Source: Mycobacterium leprae TN | Lineage (GTDB): Bacteria > Actinomycetota > Actinomycetes > Mycobacteriales > Mycobacteriaceae | Reading direction: 5' to 3' | Assembly: GCF_000195855.1 (NCBI RefSeq) | Contig: NC_002677.1 | Location: forward strand, 60,001-92,000 | DNA: 32,000 bases | In this document: one piece after another, positions 15,598 to 26,680 of the stretch | Layout of the letters: every line of letters begins with the position of its first letter | Position numbering within the stretch: the first letter of the stretch is position 1 | Made by a program: the position numbers and the translations under genes | Notes under the pieces: model-generated | Seen by the model: only the letters and a program-made list of their open reading frames with translations | The model's database searches: none | What the model was told of the DNA's origin: nothing

Positions 15598-15899
15598 TTG
15601 CACCGCAATAATCACCTTGTTCATGGTTTTGAAGTAGCGCAGTGGACGTGGATTGGACATGTCACCACGTCTCTCTATCTTGGTCTATTTTGTGCACAGG
15701 CCGCGGTGCCGGGACATCCACTGTGTGGATGGTGTGGATTGGCCGTCCAAGTATTTTCTCCGTGTCGCGATCAAAGCATCCGGTCGGTGTAGCAAGATTA
15801 CGATGTCGGCATCCTGCTCTAGGCTTTCAGCAATTCCGCTTTAGTGAACGCATGCGGACCAGTCGGCGGGATCTGCTTACTTACGAGTTCATCAGATAA
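15598..15899 (+). pseudogene. whiB6: Probable whiB6 remnant (WhiB-family Fe-S regulator), frameshifted
   Basis: ORF 15598..15792 reads ...IGHVTTSLYLGLFCAQAAVPGHPLCGWCGLAVQVFSPCRDQSIRSV*. H37Rv WhiB6 reads VDMTVTALYEVPLGVCTQDPDRW...TLCRACPRRWLCARDAVE. Four Cys are retained, but the spacing is C-x2-C-x9-C instead of C-x2-C-x5-C. Homology resumes in another frame (ORF 15642..15899) as HPALGFQQFRFSERMRTSRRD versus RAFALGQLRSLAERNGYPVRD. Strand and position match Rv3862c. The similarity is short and judged from memory. Confidence 0.45.
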
Positions 15900-17708
15900 C
15901 AGCGTGTCGCGATCGCTGATATGTCGCTGTCAAAGATGGGTGCGCTGGGCACTCGGGCAGGATGGCCCGGCCACCACATCATTGCTACGTATCTGCGTGG
16001 TCCGCATGCCGGCGAAGGTGGCGGCAAAAACTGTGGGTGGCAAAAACTTACTAATGCTAGGCTCAAGTCGACGGCCAAATGTTCGACTGCCTTGTTGCGG
16101 TCCCCGCGAAATCGAGACGGCTGCAGCGAGAAATCATCGGCGGCGTTGGTAATCGACAGCGTAATCAGCTTGGTGACCTCGTCGCGTACTGGTTGGGTCA
16201 CTATGTTTGGGCAGGTCTTCGCTTAGCATGGTAATTGAGGAAAGCCACCGCTCCCGGTAACGCGTCGTTAGCTGAGGCCAACGTCTCCACGCCATCGGTA
16301 AACTCGGCGGTATTTGGTGCTCGGGTGATAGCGCGTACGGTGCAGTTTGACGTCATCGTTCACGTTCGGCGACGAGGGGATTAATTACTATATTTTAGTC
16401 GCACCGGTTACTGCTATTGTCGTGTTCAATTTGTTTTTTTGAGAACCACTATACCTGCGTTGCAGAAAATTCTTTAGGCCGTGATCGAACAGACCACTTC
16501 AACGTTCTTCCCGCAGTCGAGACCCCATCCTTTCACGGTTAGGTCATCACGATCAGCGTATCCAGATCGCTTAGGATTTCCCGGGGTGACAGTGAAGTCC
16601 ATGGTTGAACCGCAGTCGACGACCGAGATTGTGAAATACCGGTTCAGTCGTCACGCAGTTGCCCGGCCGATGGCAGGGTTGAGCACCCGGCGTGGACTGG
16701 TGCCTGGTTCGCCGACGAAGCACCGGTGCGCTTGGTGGCTGCGTTGCCGGCGAACCAGGCGGGCGTGGGGAGCAGTCCGGTGGCGCGGCGGGGCGGTCCT
16801 TGCAGAAGGTCTCGGCGGAAATACCGGGGCCATTCAGTCTGCGGACTCCTGGACTACGGACTGGATGGTCGTGCGATCAGGATGCCGCGCCCGCCGGGCC
16901 ACCAACGATCCCGCAAGAATTTCGTCGTGCTAGTGTCATGGTTCTCTGAGGCGGACCAGGCTGTCGATCCCGCGCCACCGACCGGCTGTGGCGCTGCTCC
17001 TGACCGATGAACTCCGCTCCCAGTTAGCGATGCCGGACGCGCAACCAGTGTCTGTCCATTATCGGTCACAGGGCGGTTCATTGATCGACGTAGTGCCGCT
17101 GACACTGCCTTAGCAGCCATTTTGGATTTTTATTTAGTATTGTGCAAAATCGGCGCCGATGCCCTAGTGTATCGCCGCGACTTATTCGCCATGTCCTGAG
17201 CGCAGGTGTGGGTGATTCTGGTGATATTTCTGCTAGTCTTTATCCAGACAAGGCTGCCCGGTTCATCCGGTTCTGTGGCTCGAGCGATCGTGGTAGTGGG
17301 CGTTCAATCGGTGTAGTGGCAAACTTGCTTAAAGGATTGTATTGTAGCCCATCGACCAGATGTGATTCGGGCAGCCGCGGACAGATCGCCAACCACTGTT
17401 GCGGCATGCCGCAACAGTGGTGATCGGCAAGTTGATGAATTTACACTGGCGTACGGCGGCAGGCTAGTATTAGGTAAAGTTGGCATGTCAAGCGGGTTTG
17501 GTCATAATCATTTTACGATTTGTCGGTACCGGTTACAGGGTGACCGTTCAGCGTTGCACGGACGGATAGCCAATCGAATTATCTCCGCCTTACAGGCAGG
17601 CTAGCGATAAGGCGGAAGGAGTCGAGTCCGCCACTTCCGGGGCAGGGCTTCGCCGGAGCCGCTGAAGAAGGCCACGCAGAATGTTCTGGTGAAGGGTTAG
17701 GTTAGGGA

Positions 17709-20700
17709 ATGACGGCCAAGCGCGTCGGGCTGTATAACCCCGCGTTCGAGCACGATTCGTGTGGAGTAGCCATGGTTGTCGACATGTACGGTCGGCGTAC
17801 CCGCGACATTGTGGACAAGGCGATCACCGCGCTGCTTAACCTCGAGCATCGTGGTGCGCAGGGTGCGGAGCCGCGCAGTGGTGACGGCGCAGGCATCCTT
17901 ATTCAGGTCCCAGATGCATTCTTGCGGGCAGTCGTGGATTTTGAGCTCCCCGCCGCAAGTAGCTACGCTACCGGCATTGCGTTTTTGCCGCAGTCGTCCA
18001 AAGATGCCGCGGCTGCCTGCGCCGCGGTGGAGAAAATCGCGGTGGCCGAGGGGCTGCATGTACTGGGTTGGAGAAACGTGCCCACCGACGCTTCGTCGTT
18101 AGGTGCGTTATCCCGTGATGCGATGCCCACCTTCCGGCAGGTGTTCATGGCGGGAGCCACTGGTCTGACGTTAGAACGCCGCGCCTACGTGATCCGTAAA
18201 CGTGCCGAGCATGAACTCGGCACCAAAGGCCCCGGTCAGGACGGTCCGGGGCGCGAAACCATCTACTTCCCAAGTCTGTCGAGCCAGACGTTCGTCTACA
18301 AGGGCATGCTCACCACCCCGCAACTCAAGGCATTCTACCGGGACTTGCAAGATGAACGGCTGACTAGCGCGTTAGGCATCGTGCATTCCCGGTTCTCCAC
18401 CAATACCTTCCCGTCCTGGCCGCTCGCGCATCCTTTCCGGCGCATTGCTCACAACGGCGAGATCAATACCGTCACTGGCAACGAGAACTGGATGCGGGCC
18501 CGTGAGGCGTTGATGAAGACTGACATCTTTGGGTCGAAAGCTGACATGGAGAAGCTGTTCCCGATCTGCACCCCGGGTGCCTCCGACACCGCGCGCTTTG
18601 ACGAGGCACTGGAACTGCTGCACCTGGGCGGCCGCAGCCTGGTCCACGCGGTGCTGATGATGATTCCTGAAGCCTGGGAACGCCACGAATCGATGGATCC
18701 TGCGCGCCGAGCTTTTTACCAGTACCACGCCTCTTTGATGGAGCCGTGGGACGGTCCGGCGTCGATGACATTCACCGACGGTGTTGTGGTGGGTGCTGTG
18801 CTCGACCGCAATGGCTTGCGCCCGTCGCGTATCTGGATCACCGACGCCGGATTGGTGGTGATGGCTTCCGAGGCCGGCGTGTTGGATCTCGACCCGTCGA
18901 TTGTGGTCCGCCGGATGCGACTGCAACCGGGCCGGATGTTCCTAGTGGACACCGCACAGGGGCGCATCGTCTCTGACGAAGAGATCAAAGCGAAACTAGC
19001 GGCTGAGCACCCTTACCAGGAGTGGCTTGACAAAGGTCTGGTTCCAATTGATGAGTTGCCGGCGGGCAAGTACGTGCGGATGCCGCATCATCGACTTGTC
19101 ATGCGGCAGTTGGCCTTCGGCTACACTTACGAGGAACTCAATCTGCTGGTAGCACCCATGGTCCGTGCCGGCTCTGAACCGATTGGGTCGATGGGCGCCG
19201 ATACCCCGATTGCGGTGCTGTCCCGGCGGCCCAGGATGCTTTACGATTACTTCCACCAGCTATTCGCTCAGGTGACCAACCCGCCGCTGGACGCCATTCG
19301 CGAGGAAGTGGTGACTAGCTTGCAGGGCACCACCGGGGGTGAGTACGACTTGCTCAGCCCAGACGAGAATTCCTGTCACCAGATTTGGTTGCCACAGCCG
19401 ATTCTGCGCAATTACGAGCTGGCCAAGCTGGTCAACCTCGACCCTGCCGACGAGGTCAATGGACGCCCGCATGGCATGCGGTCTACAGTGGTTAGCTGTC
19501 TGTATCCAGTTGCCGACGCCGGCGCCGGGTTGGCTGCTGCGCTGACTGAGGTGCGCGCGCAGGCATCGGCGGCTATCGTCGGCGGCGCGCGAGTAATCAT
19601 CTTGTCCGACCGCAATTCCGACGAACAGATGGCTCCGATTCCGTCGTTGCTTTCCGTTGCGGCGGTACACCACCATTTGGTGCGTGACCGCACCCGCACC
19701 CATGTGGGTCTTGTGGTGGAATCCGGTGACGCCCGAGAGGTCCACCACATGGCAGCGTTGATCGGTTTCGGTGCGGCGGCGGTCAACCCCTACCTGGTGT
19801 TCGAGTCGATCGAGGAAATGCTCGACAGAGGTGTCATCGATGGGATAGACCGCAAGACAGCATTGAATAACTATATCAAGGCTACTGGCCAAGGTGTACT
19901 TAAAATAATGTCCAAGATGGGCATTTCGACACTAGCCTCTTACGTCGGTGCGCAACTGTTCCAGGCAGTCGGCATCTCTGAAGACGTGCTGGATGAATAC
20001 TTCAGCGGGTTGAGTTGCCCAACAGGAGGAATCACCCTCGACGACATTGCTGCTGAAGTCGCAGTCCGCCATCGGGTGGCTTACTTAGACCGACCGGATG
20101 AACGTGCCCATCGCGAACTCGAAGTCGGCGGGGAATACCAGTGGCGCAGGGAAGGCGAATACCATCTGTTCAACCCGGAGACTGTCTTTAAGTTGCAGCA
20201 CGCTACGCGTAGCGGACAGTACAAGATCTTCAAGGAGTACACTCGCCTCGTCGATGACCAGAGTGAGCGGATGGCTTCGTTGCGTGGATTACTCAAATTC
20301 CGTTCAGGTGTGCGTACCCCGGTTCCTCTGGATGAAGTCGAGCCCGCGAGTGAAATCGTTAAGCGCTTTTCGACGGGAGCGATGAGCTACGGCTCGATTT
20401 CCGCTGAGGCGCACGAGACCCTTGCCATTGCGATGAACCGCCTGGGTGGTCGATCAAACAGTGGTGAAGGTGGCGAGGACGTCAACCGCTTTGAGCCCGA
20501 TCCCAATGGGGATTGGCGACGCAGTGCTATCAAGCAGGTCGCTTCTGCGCGGTTCGGGGTTACCTCGCACTACTTAACGAACTGTACTGACATCCAGATC
20601 AAGATGGCACAGGGTGCGAAACCCGGTGAAGGGGGCCAACTTCCGGGGCGGAAAGTGTACCCATGGATTGCTCAGGTACGGAACTCCACCCCCGGTGTTG

Positions 20701-22292
20701 GCTTGATCTCCCCCCCACCGCACCATGACATTTACTCTATTGAAGATCTGGCGCAGCTGATCCACGATCTGAAAAATGCGAACCCATCGGCGAGGGTGCA
20801 TGTCAAGCTTGTCTCGGAAAACGGGGTAGGCACGGTGGCTGCGGGGGTATCCAAGGCACATGCCGACGTGGTCCTGGTCTCGGGGCACGACGGTGGTACC
20901 GGCGCGACCCCGCTGACATCGATGAAGCACTCGGGTGCGCCATGGGAGCTGGGGCTGGCCGAGACCCAGCAGACATTATTGCTCAACGGATTACGCGACC
21001 GAATCGTGGTCCAGGTAGACGGTCAACTCAAGACGGGTCGTGATGTGATGATCGCTGCGTTGCTAGGCGCTGAGGAATTCGGCTTCGCCACGGCCCCACT
21101 GGTAGTCGCTGGCTGTATCATGATGCGAGTATGTCATCTAGACACCTGCCCGGTTGGCGTCGCAACTCAGAATCCTTTGCTACGCAAGCGGTTCAATGGC
21201 AAGCCTGAATTCGTCGAGAATTTCTTCATGTTTATAGCTGAAGAAGTTCGGGAATATATGGCACAGTTGGGTTTTCGAACGTTTAATGAGGCGGTAGGCC
21301 AGGTGGGTGCGCTGGACACGACTCCGGTTCGGGAGCATTGGAAGGCGCATAGTATCGATCTGACACCCGTGTTACACGAGCCGGAGTCAGCATTCATGAA
21401 CCAGGATTTGTACTGCAGTTCGCGCCAGGATCATGGTCTGGACAAAGTGCTCGATCAGCAGTTAATAGCTGTCAGCAGGGATGCGCTGGATTTCGGTAAG
21501 CCGGTTAGGTTCTCCACTACCATCGGTAACGTCAATCGCACGGTAGGCACCATGCTCGGCCATGAGCTAACGAAAGCCTATGGTGCCCAAGGACTTCCGG
21601 ATGGAACCATAGATATCACGTTCGAAGGATCCGCGGGCAACAGCTTTGGCGCCTTTGTACCCAAGGGGATCACGCTGCGTGTCTATGGAGATGCCAACGA
21701 CTATGTTGGCAAGGGCCTGTCTGGTGGTAGAATTGTGGTGCGGCCGTCCGATAGTGTGCCGCTGAACTACGTTGCCGAGGATAACATTATTGGCGGCAAC
21801 GTGATTCTGTTCGGCGCCACCAGCGGGGAGGTTTATTTGCGCGGGGTTGTAGGCGAGCGGTTCGCGGTTCGCAACTCCGGGGCCCATGCGGTAGTCGAGG
21901 GCGTTGGTGATCATGGTTGCGAGTACATGACTGGCGGTAAGGTGGTCATCCTTGGCCGCACCGGCCGTAACTTTGCGGCTGGCATGTCCGGCGGTGAGGC
22001 TTATGTTTACGATTCCGACGGCGAACTTCCGGCCAACCTGAACTTCGAAATGGTTGAACTCGAGCCCCTTGACTTCGATGACGCAGCCTGGCTGTATGCT
22101 ACGATACAGGCGCATGTCGACGCTACTGATTCCGCTGTTGGCCAGCGGATACTGGCTGGCTGGTCCGAGCAGCAACGATACTTCGTCAAGGTGATGCCGA
22201 AGGACTACAAGCGGGTGTTGCAGGCTATCGCGTTAGCTGAACGCAACGGTGTGGATGTCAACAAGGTGATAATGGAGCCGGCACATGGCTGA
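17709..22292 (+). CDS. gltB: Glutamate synthase (GOGAT) large subunit
   Basis: 1527-aa ORF. The N-terminus [25 protein letters not shown] carries the Ntn-amidotransferase catalytic Cys. It has an FMN/Fe-S region ([18 protein letters not shown]) and a C-terminal GXGXG-repeat domain ([18 protein letters not shown]...[17 protein letters not shown]). Confidence 0.98.
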   Translation: MTAKRVGLYNPAFEHDSCGVAMVVDMYGRRTRDIVDKAITALLNLEHRGAQGAEPRSGDGAGILIQVPDAFLRAVVDFELPAASSYATGIAFLPQSSKDAAAACAAVEKIAVAEGLHVLGWRNVPTDASSLGALSRDAMPTFRQVFMAGATGLTLERRAYVIRKRAEHELGTKGPGQDGPGRETIYFPSLSSQTFVYKGMLTTPQLKAFYRDLQDERLTSALGIVHSRFSTNTFPSWPLAHPFRRIAHNGEINTVTGNENWMRAREALMKTDIFGSKADMEKLFPICTPGASDTARFDEALELLHLGGRSLVHAVLMMIPEAWERHESMDPARRAFYQYHASLMEPWDGPASMTFTDGVVVGAVLDRNGLRPSRIWITDAGLVVMASEAGVLDLDPSIVVRRMRLQPGRMFLVDTAQGRIVSDEEIKAKLAAEHPYQEWLDKGLVPIDELPAGKYVRMPHHRLVMRQLAFGYTYEELNLLVAPMVRAGSEPIGSMGADTPIAVLSRRPRMLYDYFHQLFAQVTNPPLDAIREEVVTSLQGTTGGEYDLLSPDENSCHQIWLPQPILRNYELAKLVNLDPADEVNGRPHGMRSTVVSCLYPVADAGAGLAAALTEVRAQASAAIVGGARVIILSDRNSDEQMAPIPSLLSVAAVHHHLVRDRTRTHVGLVVESGDAREVHHMAALIGFGAAAVNPYLVFESIEEMLDRGVIDGIDRKTALNNYIKATGQGVLKIMSKMGISTLASYVGAQLFQAVGISEDVLDEYFSGLSCPTGGITLDDIAAEVAVRHRVAYLDRPDERAHRELEVGGEYQWRREGEYHLFNPETVFKLQHATRSGQYKIFKEYTRLVDDQSERMASLRGLLKFRSGVRTPVPLDEVEPASEIVKRFSTGAMSYGSISAEAHETLAIAMNRLGGRSNSGEGGEDVNRFEPDPNGDWRRSAIKQVASARFGVTSHYLTNCTDIQIKMAQGAKPGEGGQLPGRKVYPWIAQVRNSTPGVGLISPPPHHDIYSIEDLAQLIHDLKNANPSARVHVKLVSENGVGTVAAGVSKAHADVVLVSGHDGGTGATPLTSMKHSGAPWELGLAETQQTLLLNGLRDRIVVQVDGQLKTGRDVMIAALLGAEEFGFATAPLVVAGCIMMRVCHLDTCPVGVATQNPLLRKRFNGKPEFVENFFMFIAEEVREYMAQLGFRTFNEAVGQVGALDTTPVREHWKAHSIDLTPVLHEPESAFMNQDLYCSSRQDHGLDKVLDQQLIAVSRDALDFGKPVRFSTTIGNVNRTVGTMLGHELTKAYGAQGLPDGTIDITFEGSAGNSFGAFVPKGITLRVYGDANDYVGKGLSGGRIVVRPSDSVPLNYVAEDNIIGGNVILFGATSGEVYLRGVVGERFAVRNSGAHAVVEGVGDHGCEYMTGGKVVILGRTGRNFAAGMSGGEAYVYDSDGELPANLNFEMVELEPLDFDDAAWLYATIQAHVDATDSAVGQRILAGWSEQQRYFVKVMPKDYKRVLQAIALAERNGVDVNKVIMEPAHG

Positions 22293-23751
22293 TCCGGCTG
22301 GCTTTTTGAAATACACACAGCGAGAATTACCGAGGCGACGGCCTGTCCCGCTACGGCTGCGTGACTGGAAGGAATTATACGAGGAATTCGATAAAGAGAC
22401 TTTGCGGAATCAGGCGTCCCGTTGCATGGACTGCGGTATTCCTTTCTGTCACAATGGGTGTCCTTTGGGAAATTTGATCCCGGAATGGAATGACTTGGTG
22501 CGTCGCGGCCGTTGGCACGATGCGGTTGAACGTCTGCACGCCACAAACAATTTTCCCGATGTCACTGGCCGGCTATGTCCGGCGCCATGCGAGTCGGCGT
22601 GTGTGCTCGGCATTAACCAGGATCCGGTGACGATCAAGCAGATCGAGCTAGAGATCATCGACAAGGCCTTCGACGAAGGTTGGGTGCAACCACTGCCGCC
22701 GCAGCAGTTGACCGGTAAGACGGTTGCCGTGGTGGGTTCGGGGCCAGCTGGACTTGCTGCTGCCCAACAACTCACCCGTGCGGGTCATCGCGTGACGGTC
22801 TTCGAACGCGACGATCGCATCGGCGGGTTGCTGCGGTATGGCATCCCGGAATTCAAGATGGAAAAGCGCTTCCTGGAGCGGAGGCTAGACCAGTTGCGGG
22901 CTGAAGGCACCGAATTCCGGTCTGGCGTCAACGTCGGAGTTGACATCACTGCCGATCAGCTGTGCGCTGATTTTGATGCGGTCGTGCTGGCCGGCGGCGC
23001 GGCCACTTGGCGCGAACTGCCCATTCCGGGACGTGAGTTAGATGGCGTTCACCAGGCGATGGAGTTCCTGCCCTGGGTCAACCGTGTCCAGGAGGGAGAT
23101 GACGTCCTCGGAGACGACGGGCAGCCGCCTATCACTGCTAAGGACAAAAAGGTGGTCATCATCGGTGGTGGCGACACCGGGGCAGACTGCTTGGGCGCGG
23201 TGCACCGGCAAGGTGCGATCCACGTGCACCAGCTCGAGATAATGCCGCGTCCGCCGGATGCCCGCGCTGCATCCACGCCGTGGCCAACTTACCCACTGAT
23301 GTATCGGGTATCGCCGGCCCACGAAGAAGGTGGCGAGCGGGTGTTCTCAGTTAACACCGAGGAGTTCGTCGGCAAGAACGGGCGGGTGCACGCGCTCAAG
23401 GCTCATGAAGTGACGATGCAAGACGGCCGGTTTGTCAAGGTTGAGAACTCCGTTTTCGAGCTCGAGGCCGATCTAGTGTTGCTGGCGATGGGATTCGTTG
23501 GTCCGGAAAAGCCGGGCCTGCTCACCGACCTGGGTGTGAAGTTCACCGACCGCGGCAACGTCGCACGTGGCGCCGACTTTGATACTTCGGTTCCTGGTGT
23601 TTTCGTTGCGGGCGACATGGGACGTGGCCAGTCGTTGATCGTTTGGGCGATTGCTGAGGGTCGGGCTGCCGCGGCGGCTGTGGATCGATTTTTGATGGGC
23701 GCAACCGCGTTGCCGGCACCCGTCAAGCCGTCGTCTTTACCACTTCAGTAG
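22285..23751 (+). CDS. gltD: Glutamate synthase small subunit (NADPH-dependent)
   Basis: 488-aa ORF. It has Cys clusters [18 protein letters not shown] and [12 protein letters not shown] and a dinucleotide fold [17 protein letters not shown]. It overlaps gltB by 8 bp (ATGGCTGA). Confidence 0.98.
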   Translation: MADPAGFLKYTQRELPRRRPVPLRLRDWKELYEEFDKETLRNQASRCMDCGIPFCHNGCPLGNLIPEWNDLVRRGRWHDAVERLHATNNFPDVTGRLCPAPCESACVLGINQDPVTIKQIELEIIDKAFDEGWVQPLPPQQLTGKTVAVVGSGPAGLAAAQQLTRAGHRVTVFERDDRIGGLLRYGIPEFKMEKRFLERRLDQLRAEGTEFRSGVNVGVDITADQLCADFDAVVLAGGAATWRELPIPGRELDGVHQAMEFLPWVNRVQEGDDVLGDDGQPPITAKDKKVVIIGGGDTGADCLGAVHRQGAIHVHQLEIMPRPPDARAASTPWPTYPLMYRVSPAHEEGGERVFSVNTEEFVGKNGRVHALKAHEVTMQDGRFVKVENSVFELEADLVLLAMGFVGPEKPGLLTDLGVKFTDRGNVARGADFDTSVPGVFVAGDMGRGQSLIVWAIAEGRAAAAAVDRFLMGATALPAPVKPSSLPLQ

Positions 23752-25099
23752 TCGCACCAGTCACGCTAGAAACAGGCATATAATCGCTTCGGCGGGTCTT
23801 TCGTTGTTTGTCAGATAACGGGTGTCTAATCATTCTGTTGCAGGCTTCGTCACATAATCGGTCCCGGTGGAGTTCGTCTGAATGGGCCGATCGCAGGAGT
23901 AATAACTGTGCATATCAAACCAGTACCTTGGTCACGGGTGGTTAGAATCGCCTGGTCATGGCTTCGTCACCCGGTCAAGAGCCGCGGGTTTCCCGCCAAA
24001 CACGAGCGTTTAGTCACCGCCGAAGAGCTGCAGCTACTCGGGGTTTGACACCGCAGGGCTGTTTGGCCTCCAAGTATACTAGACTTTTGCTTAACTTTAT
24101 AAGTTGTTATCGAGGTGAGCAGACTCGAGTCCCGAAACGCCTCTGCCAGGGGTTCCAAGATGGCGTCACCGTGCAGCGTGACGACTTGCCCGTAGTTGTG
24201 TTCCGGTTCCAGTCGAAGGTGAGTCGACAGCGTGATCTAGTGTGGATCACGTTCAATGTTTACAAAGTGGCCGGCCAGCATGTCGCGCTTGTGCACCAAC
24301 ACCTCGAGTGGGGCCACCGGCGAAGTTCCAGTGTTGGGTATAGCGTACGATGATCCACAAGGTGCGTTTCTCTCCGCTGCTGCCGATGCAGATTAGGGAG
24401 TGTGGTCACTACGAGTCTTTGGGCTTGTTGCGAGTGTACGCCAAACTGGTAGTATTTGCTGTCGGAGTTGGTTAGCACCTGGCAAGCTTTCTTGAACCGG
24501 TTGAAGTTTCCGTTATTCCGCCTAAACTCGATGCCGTATCCGTCAGACTCCTGTTCATTCCTGCTGGCGCCGATTTCCAGCCCGAATCGTACGCTTGGAG
24601 ATTAAGTTTAATGCGGCAAGCGATATGGGCTAACACCATGCGGTGACGGTAGTGAATTCCAATCATCAGTGTACCCCAGTTGCAGCAGGGTAGTGGTCCT
24701 GCGTAAGCGCGGTCAGCGTGGTTCAGCTGTCAAGGCAGGACTCATCGCTGTCGGTGAGGATCGGACAGAAGTGGTAGAAGGTTCCTACCCGGACTCCAAT
24801 GCTTCAATCTCGTCAGTTGCTTGTTAGAAGGCTAGCATCTGTAAAGCCCATGTGGTGTGTTCCGGCGCGGTCTTAAAGGCGAAGCGCATGTGTCCGCCGG
24901 TAGTTGTTGACATCGCGTACTGGACGCGACACACTGTGTGTTGTGGATCTGGTGACCGCTCGGCGGCTAGGCTTGAATGCGCCACGACCCCAGACGTGTG
25001 ATGGCGTAGCGTGTAACCTCGCCGTCATCGTTTGAATTACCTAGACGACGCTGCACGCGAGCGTTACGGTTTAGGCAAACAGCTGGCAGACGCTGCTTG

Positions 25100-25778
25100 G
25101 GCATTGGACTCAAAACCGCAAAGGTTATTGTCCAAGCATAAGTCGCCCGTGAACCCGACCTTTTGATCGAATTCCGTTCTATAATGGACGATCTTGGCCG
25201 TGGGTGCCGCGGGGATGCGTATCTGCATTCGAACTAGTCGAGTCAGTTGGTACCGATCGAAGATATCGCGGCTGAGAAGCGAAACCAAACTCACCGTTGC
25301 CAACGGGTTGTTGGCGGAGTGGTTGCGCAAACAGCTCGACGTAATCGACGGCCTGCGTGACAAATGCGCGCCGCTGCAGATGCTTGCCGGCATTGAGGTC
25401 GACATCCTCGATGACGACAATTAGACTCGGACCCCGAGTTGCTGGAACGCCTCGATGTCGTTGTTGACAGCGTGCCATTCGAAGCTGTCGATGGATCCGG
25501 TCTTGATGACCCGCCGCATGGTGCTCACCGTTTGCAACGACTACGTCAACCTGCTGTGACCACGGCAACCGTGGTGGAAATCAACTCCTGTCCTGATCGC
25601 CTTAACGACCACGCTGCTGCTGCCCCGGTTGGTGCTGGACATCGAATGTGTGTTCAGCATTGGTACTGATGCATACACGCTCGGATGGTTGGACTTCCTC
25701 GGTTATGTCGCCCTGCGCGTTGTGGACCACGGGCGTTCTCTTTGGCCGGATCGTCAACACCTGTCCGGCCCCGTGTGA
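25100..25778 (+). pseudogene. PolX/PHP-domain protein pseudogene at the position of Rv3856c. It probably extends upstream of 25100.
   Basis: PHP-family motifs are scattered over two frames with stops. These are GIGLKTAKVIV (HhH-like), RGDAYLHSN*S (compare GDLHxHSxWS), KLTVANGLLAEWLRKQLDVIDGLRDKCAPLQMLAGIEVDILDDDN*, ELLERLDVVVDSV, HSKLSMDPVLMTRRMVLTV, VVEINSCPDRL, and LDIECVFSIGTDAYTLGWLDFLGYVALRVVDHG. There are at least 3 frameshifts and at least 3 stop codons. Confidence 0.7.
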
Positions 25779-25967
25779 CCTGCGGCGAGGATCTTGCCCG
25801 TGATTCGATTATCGGGGTGACTACCACCGCGTCGATCTCTGCGGGCGATATTCGGTTACCGACCCAATGCTGTTCGAAGGACGTGTGGAATTTAAGTCCA
25901 GGTTCGCATGCAGGATGCATGCTTCACACCGCACGAAACATGTGTTCACATGGGGTGTGAGGGGGGA

Positions 25968-26612
25968 TTAGCGAATTTCGTTGTATATACTGCTCACCCA
26001 GATGTGCACCAGGGTGTCGAGCACCCGGGACTCCGGGACGTGAGGCTGTTCGGCGGTGAATGAGGCAAACAGCGCCCGCTCGTTCATCAGGTTGAGCGCG
26101 GTGGCCAATTCTGTGGCGGGCAGGGTGTCTGGTGCCACACCGCGTTTGCGTTCGGCATCGATCACAGCGGCGGTGTAGGAGATCCACTTCTGCATGAAGG
26201 TCGACCACAATTTCCGAACCTCGGTATTGTCTCTGGTGACTTGCCCCGCACAGGTCACTGCTTTATGGGATCCAAAGGTTTCGAAGAATACGTTGATCCC
26301 GGTGCGCCACTTATTGCCGCGTTTGTTATCTCGATTCTTAATGAGGGTTTCGAGGGCAGCGTTCGCCTTGTTGAACACGCGGTCCAGCAGTGTCAATAGC
26401 ACAGCTTCCTTGGAAGCGAAATAGAAGTAGAAAGTTGGCCGCGAAATCCCGGCACTTTTGGCCAAGTAATCTACCGAGATCTCGGTAAGCGGTCGGTCCT
26501 CAAGAAGTTGCTCAGCGGTGGCCAGGATTGCCAGTTCACGGTCGTCGCCGGACGGGCGTGTGCTGCGTCGACTCCGGCTTTGCGAAGTTTGTCCGGCAGT
26601 GGAATTTATCAC
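25968..26612 (-). CDS. ethR: EthR, TetR-family repressor of ethA
   Basis: Track ORF 25968..26645 is 225 aa. It has the TetR HTH region DRELAILATAEQLLEDRPLTEISVDYLAKSAGISRPTFYFYFASKEAVLL and the conserved C-terminus LNLMNERALFASF...RVLDTLVHIWVSSIY. A GTG at complement of 26610-26612 gives 214 aa, closer to H37Rv length (216 from memory). The ATG at 26645 is the alternative start. Confidence 0.9.
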   Translation of the reverse strand: MINSTAGQTSQSRSRRSTRPSGDDRELAILATAEQLLEDRPLTEISVDYLAKSAGISRPTFYFYFASKEAVLLTLLDRVFNKANAALETLIKNRDNKRGNKWRTGINVFFETFGSHKAVTCAGQVTRDNTEVRKLWSTFMQKWISYTAAVIDAERKRGVAPDTLPATELATALNLMNERALFASFTAEQPHVPESRVLDTLVHIWVSSIYNEIR

Positions 26613-26680
26613 GATAGGTAGCTTACCCCACGTCGAGAATTTCAACGCAACGTTGACGACTTCGACACAGCGTTGATATT
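26613..26680. promoter_or_regulatory. ethA-ethR divergent intergenic region with a candidate EthR operator
   Basis: Direct repeats are visible. cgttga occurs at 26651-26656 and 26671-26676, 20 bp apart. tcgaga is at 26633-26638 and tcgaca at 26662-26667. In M. tuberculosis EthR binds a long multi-repeat operator in this intergenic region. No SD precedes either candidate ethA ATG, so the transcript may be leaderless. Confidence 0.5.

Noticed and set aside
15881-16201. 106-aa minus-strand ORF at the positional equivalent of Rv3861
   Set aside because: Position and length fit, but I cannot recall or demonstrate sequence similarity. Its composition is unremarkable. It is left uncalled.
16854-17120. 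88-aa minus-strand ORF (MAAKAVSAALRRSMNRPV...) as a possible Rv3860 N-terminus
   Set aside because: It has only a vague resemblance to what I remember of Rv3860. It is short, has no SD, and is followed by frame breaks.
17500-17708. Search for a GlnR-type nitrogen-regulator box upstream of gltB
   Set aside because: I found no convincing repeat of the GTnAC-n6-GnAAC type by eye. A motif scan would be needed.
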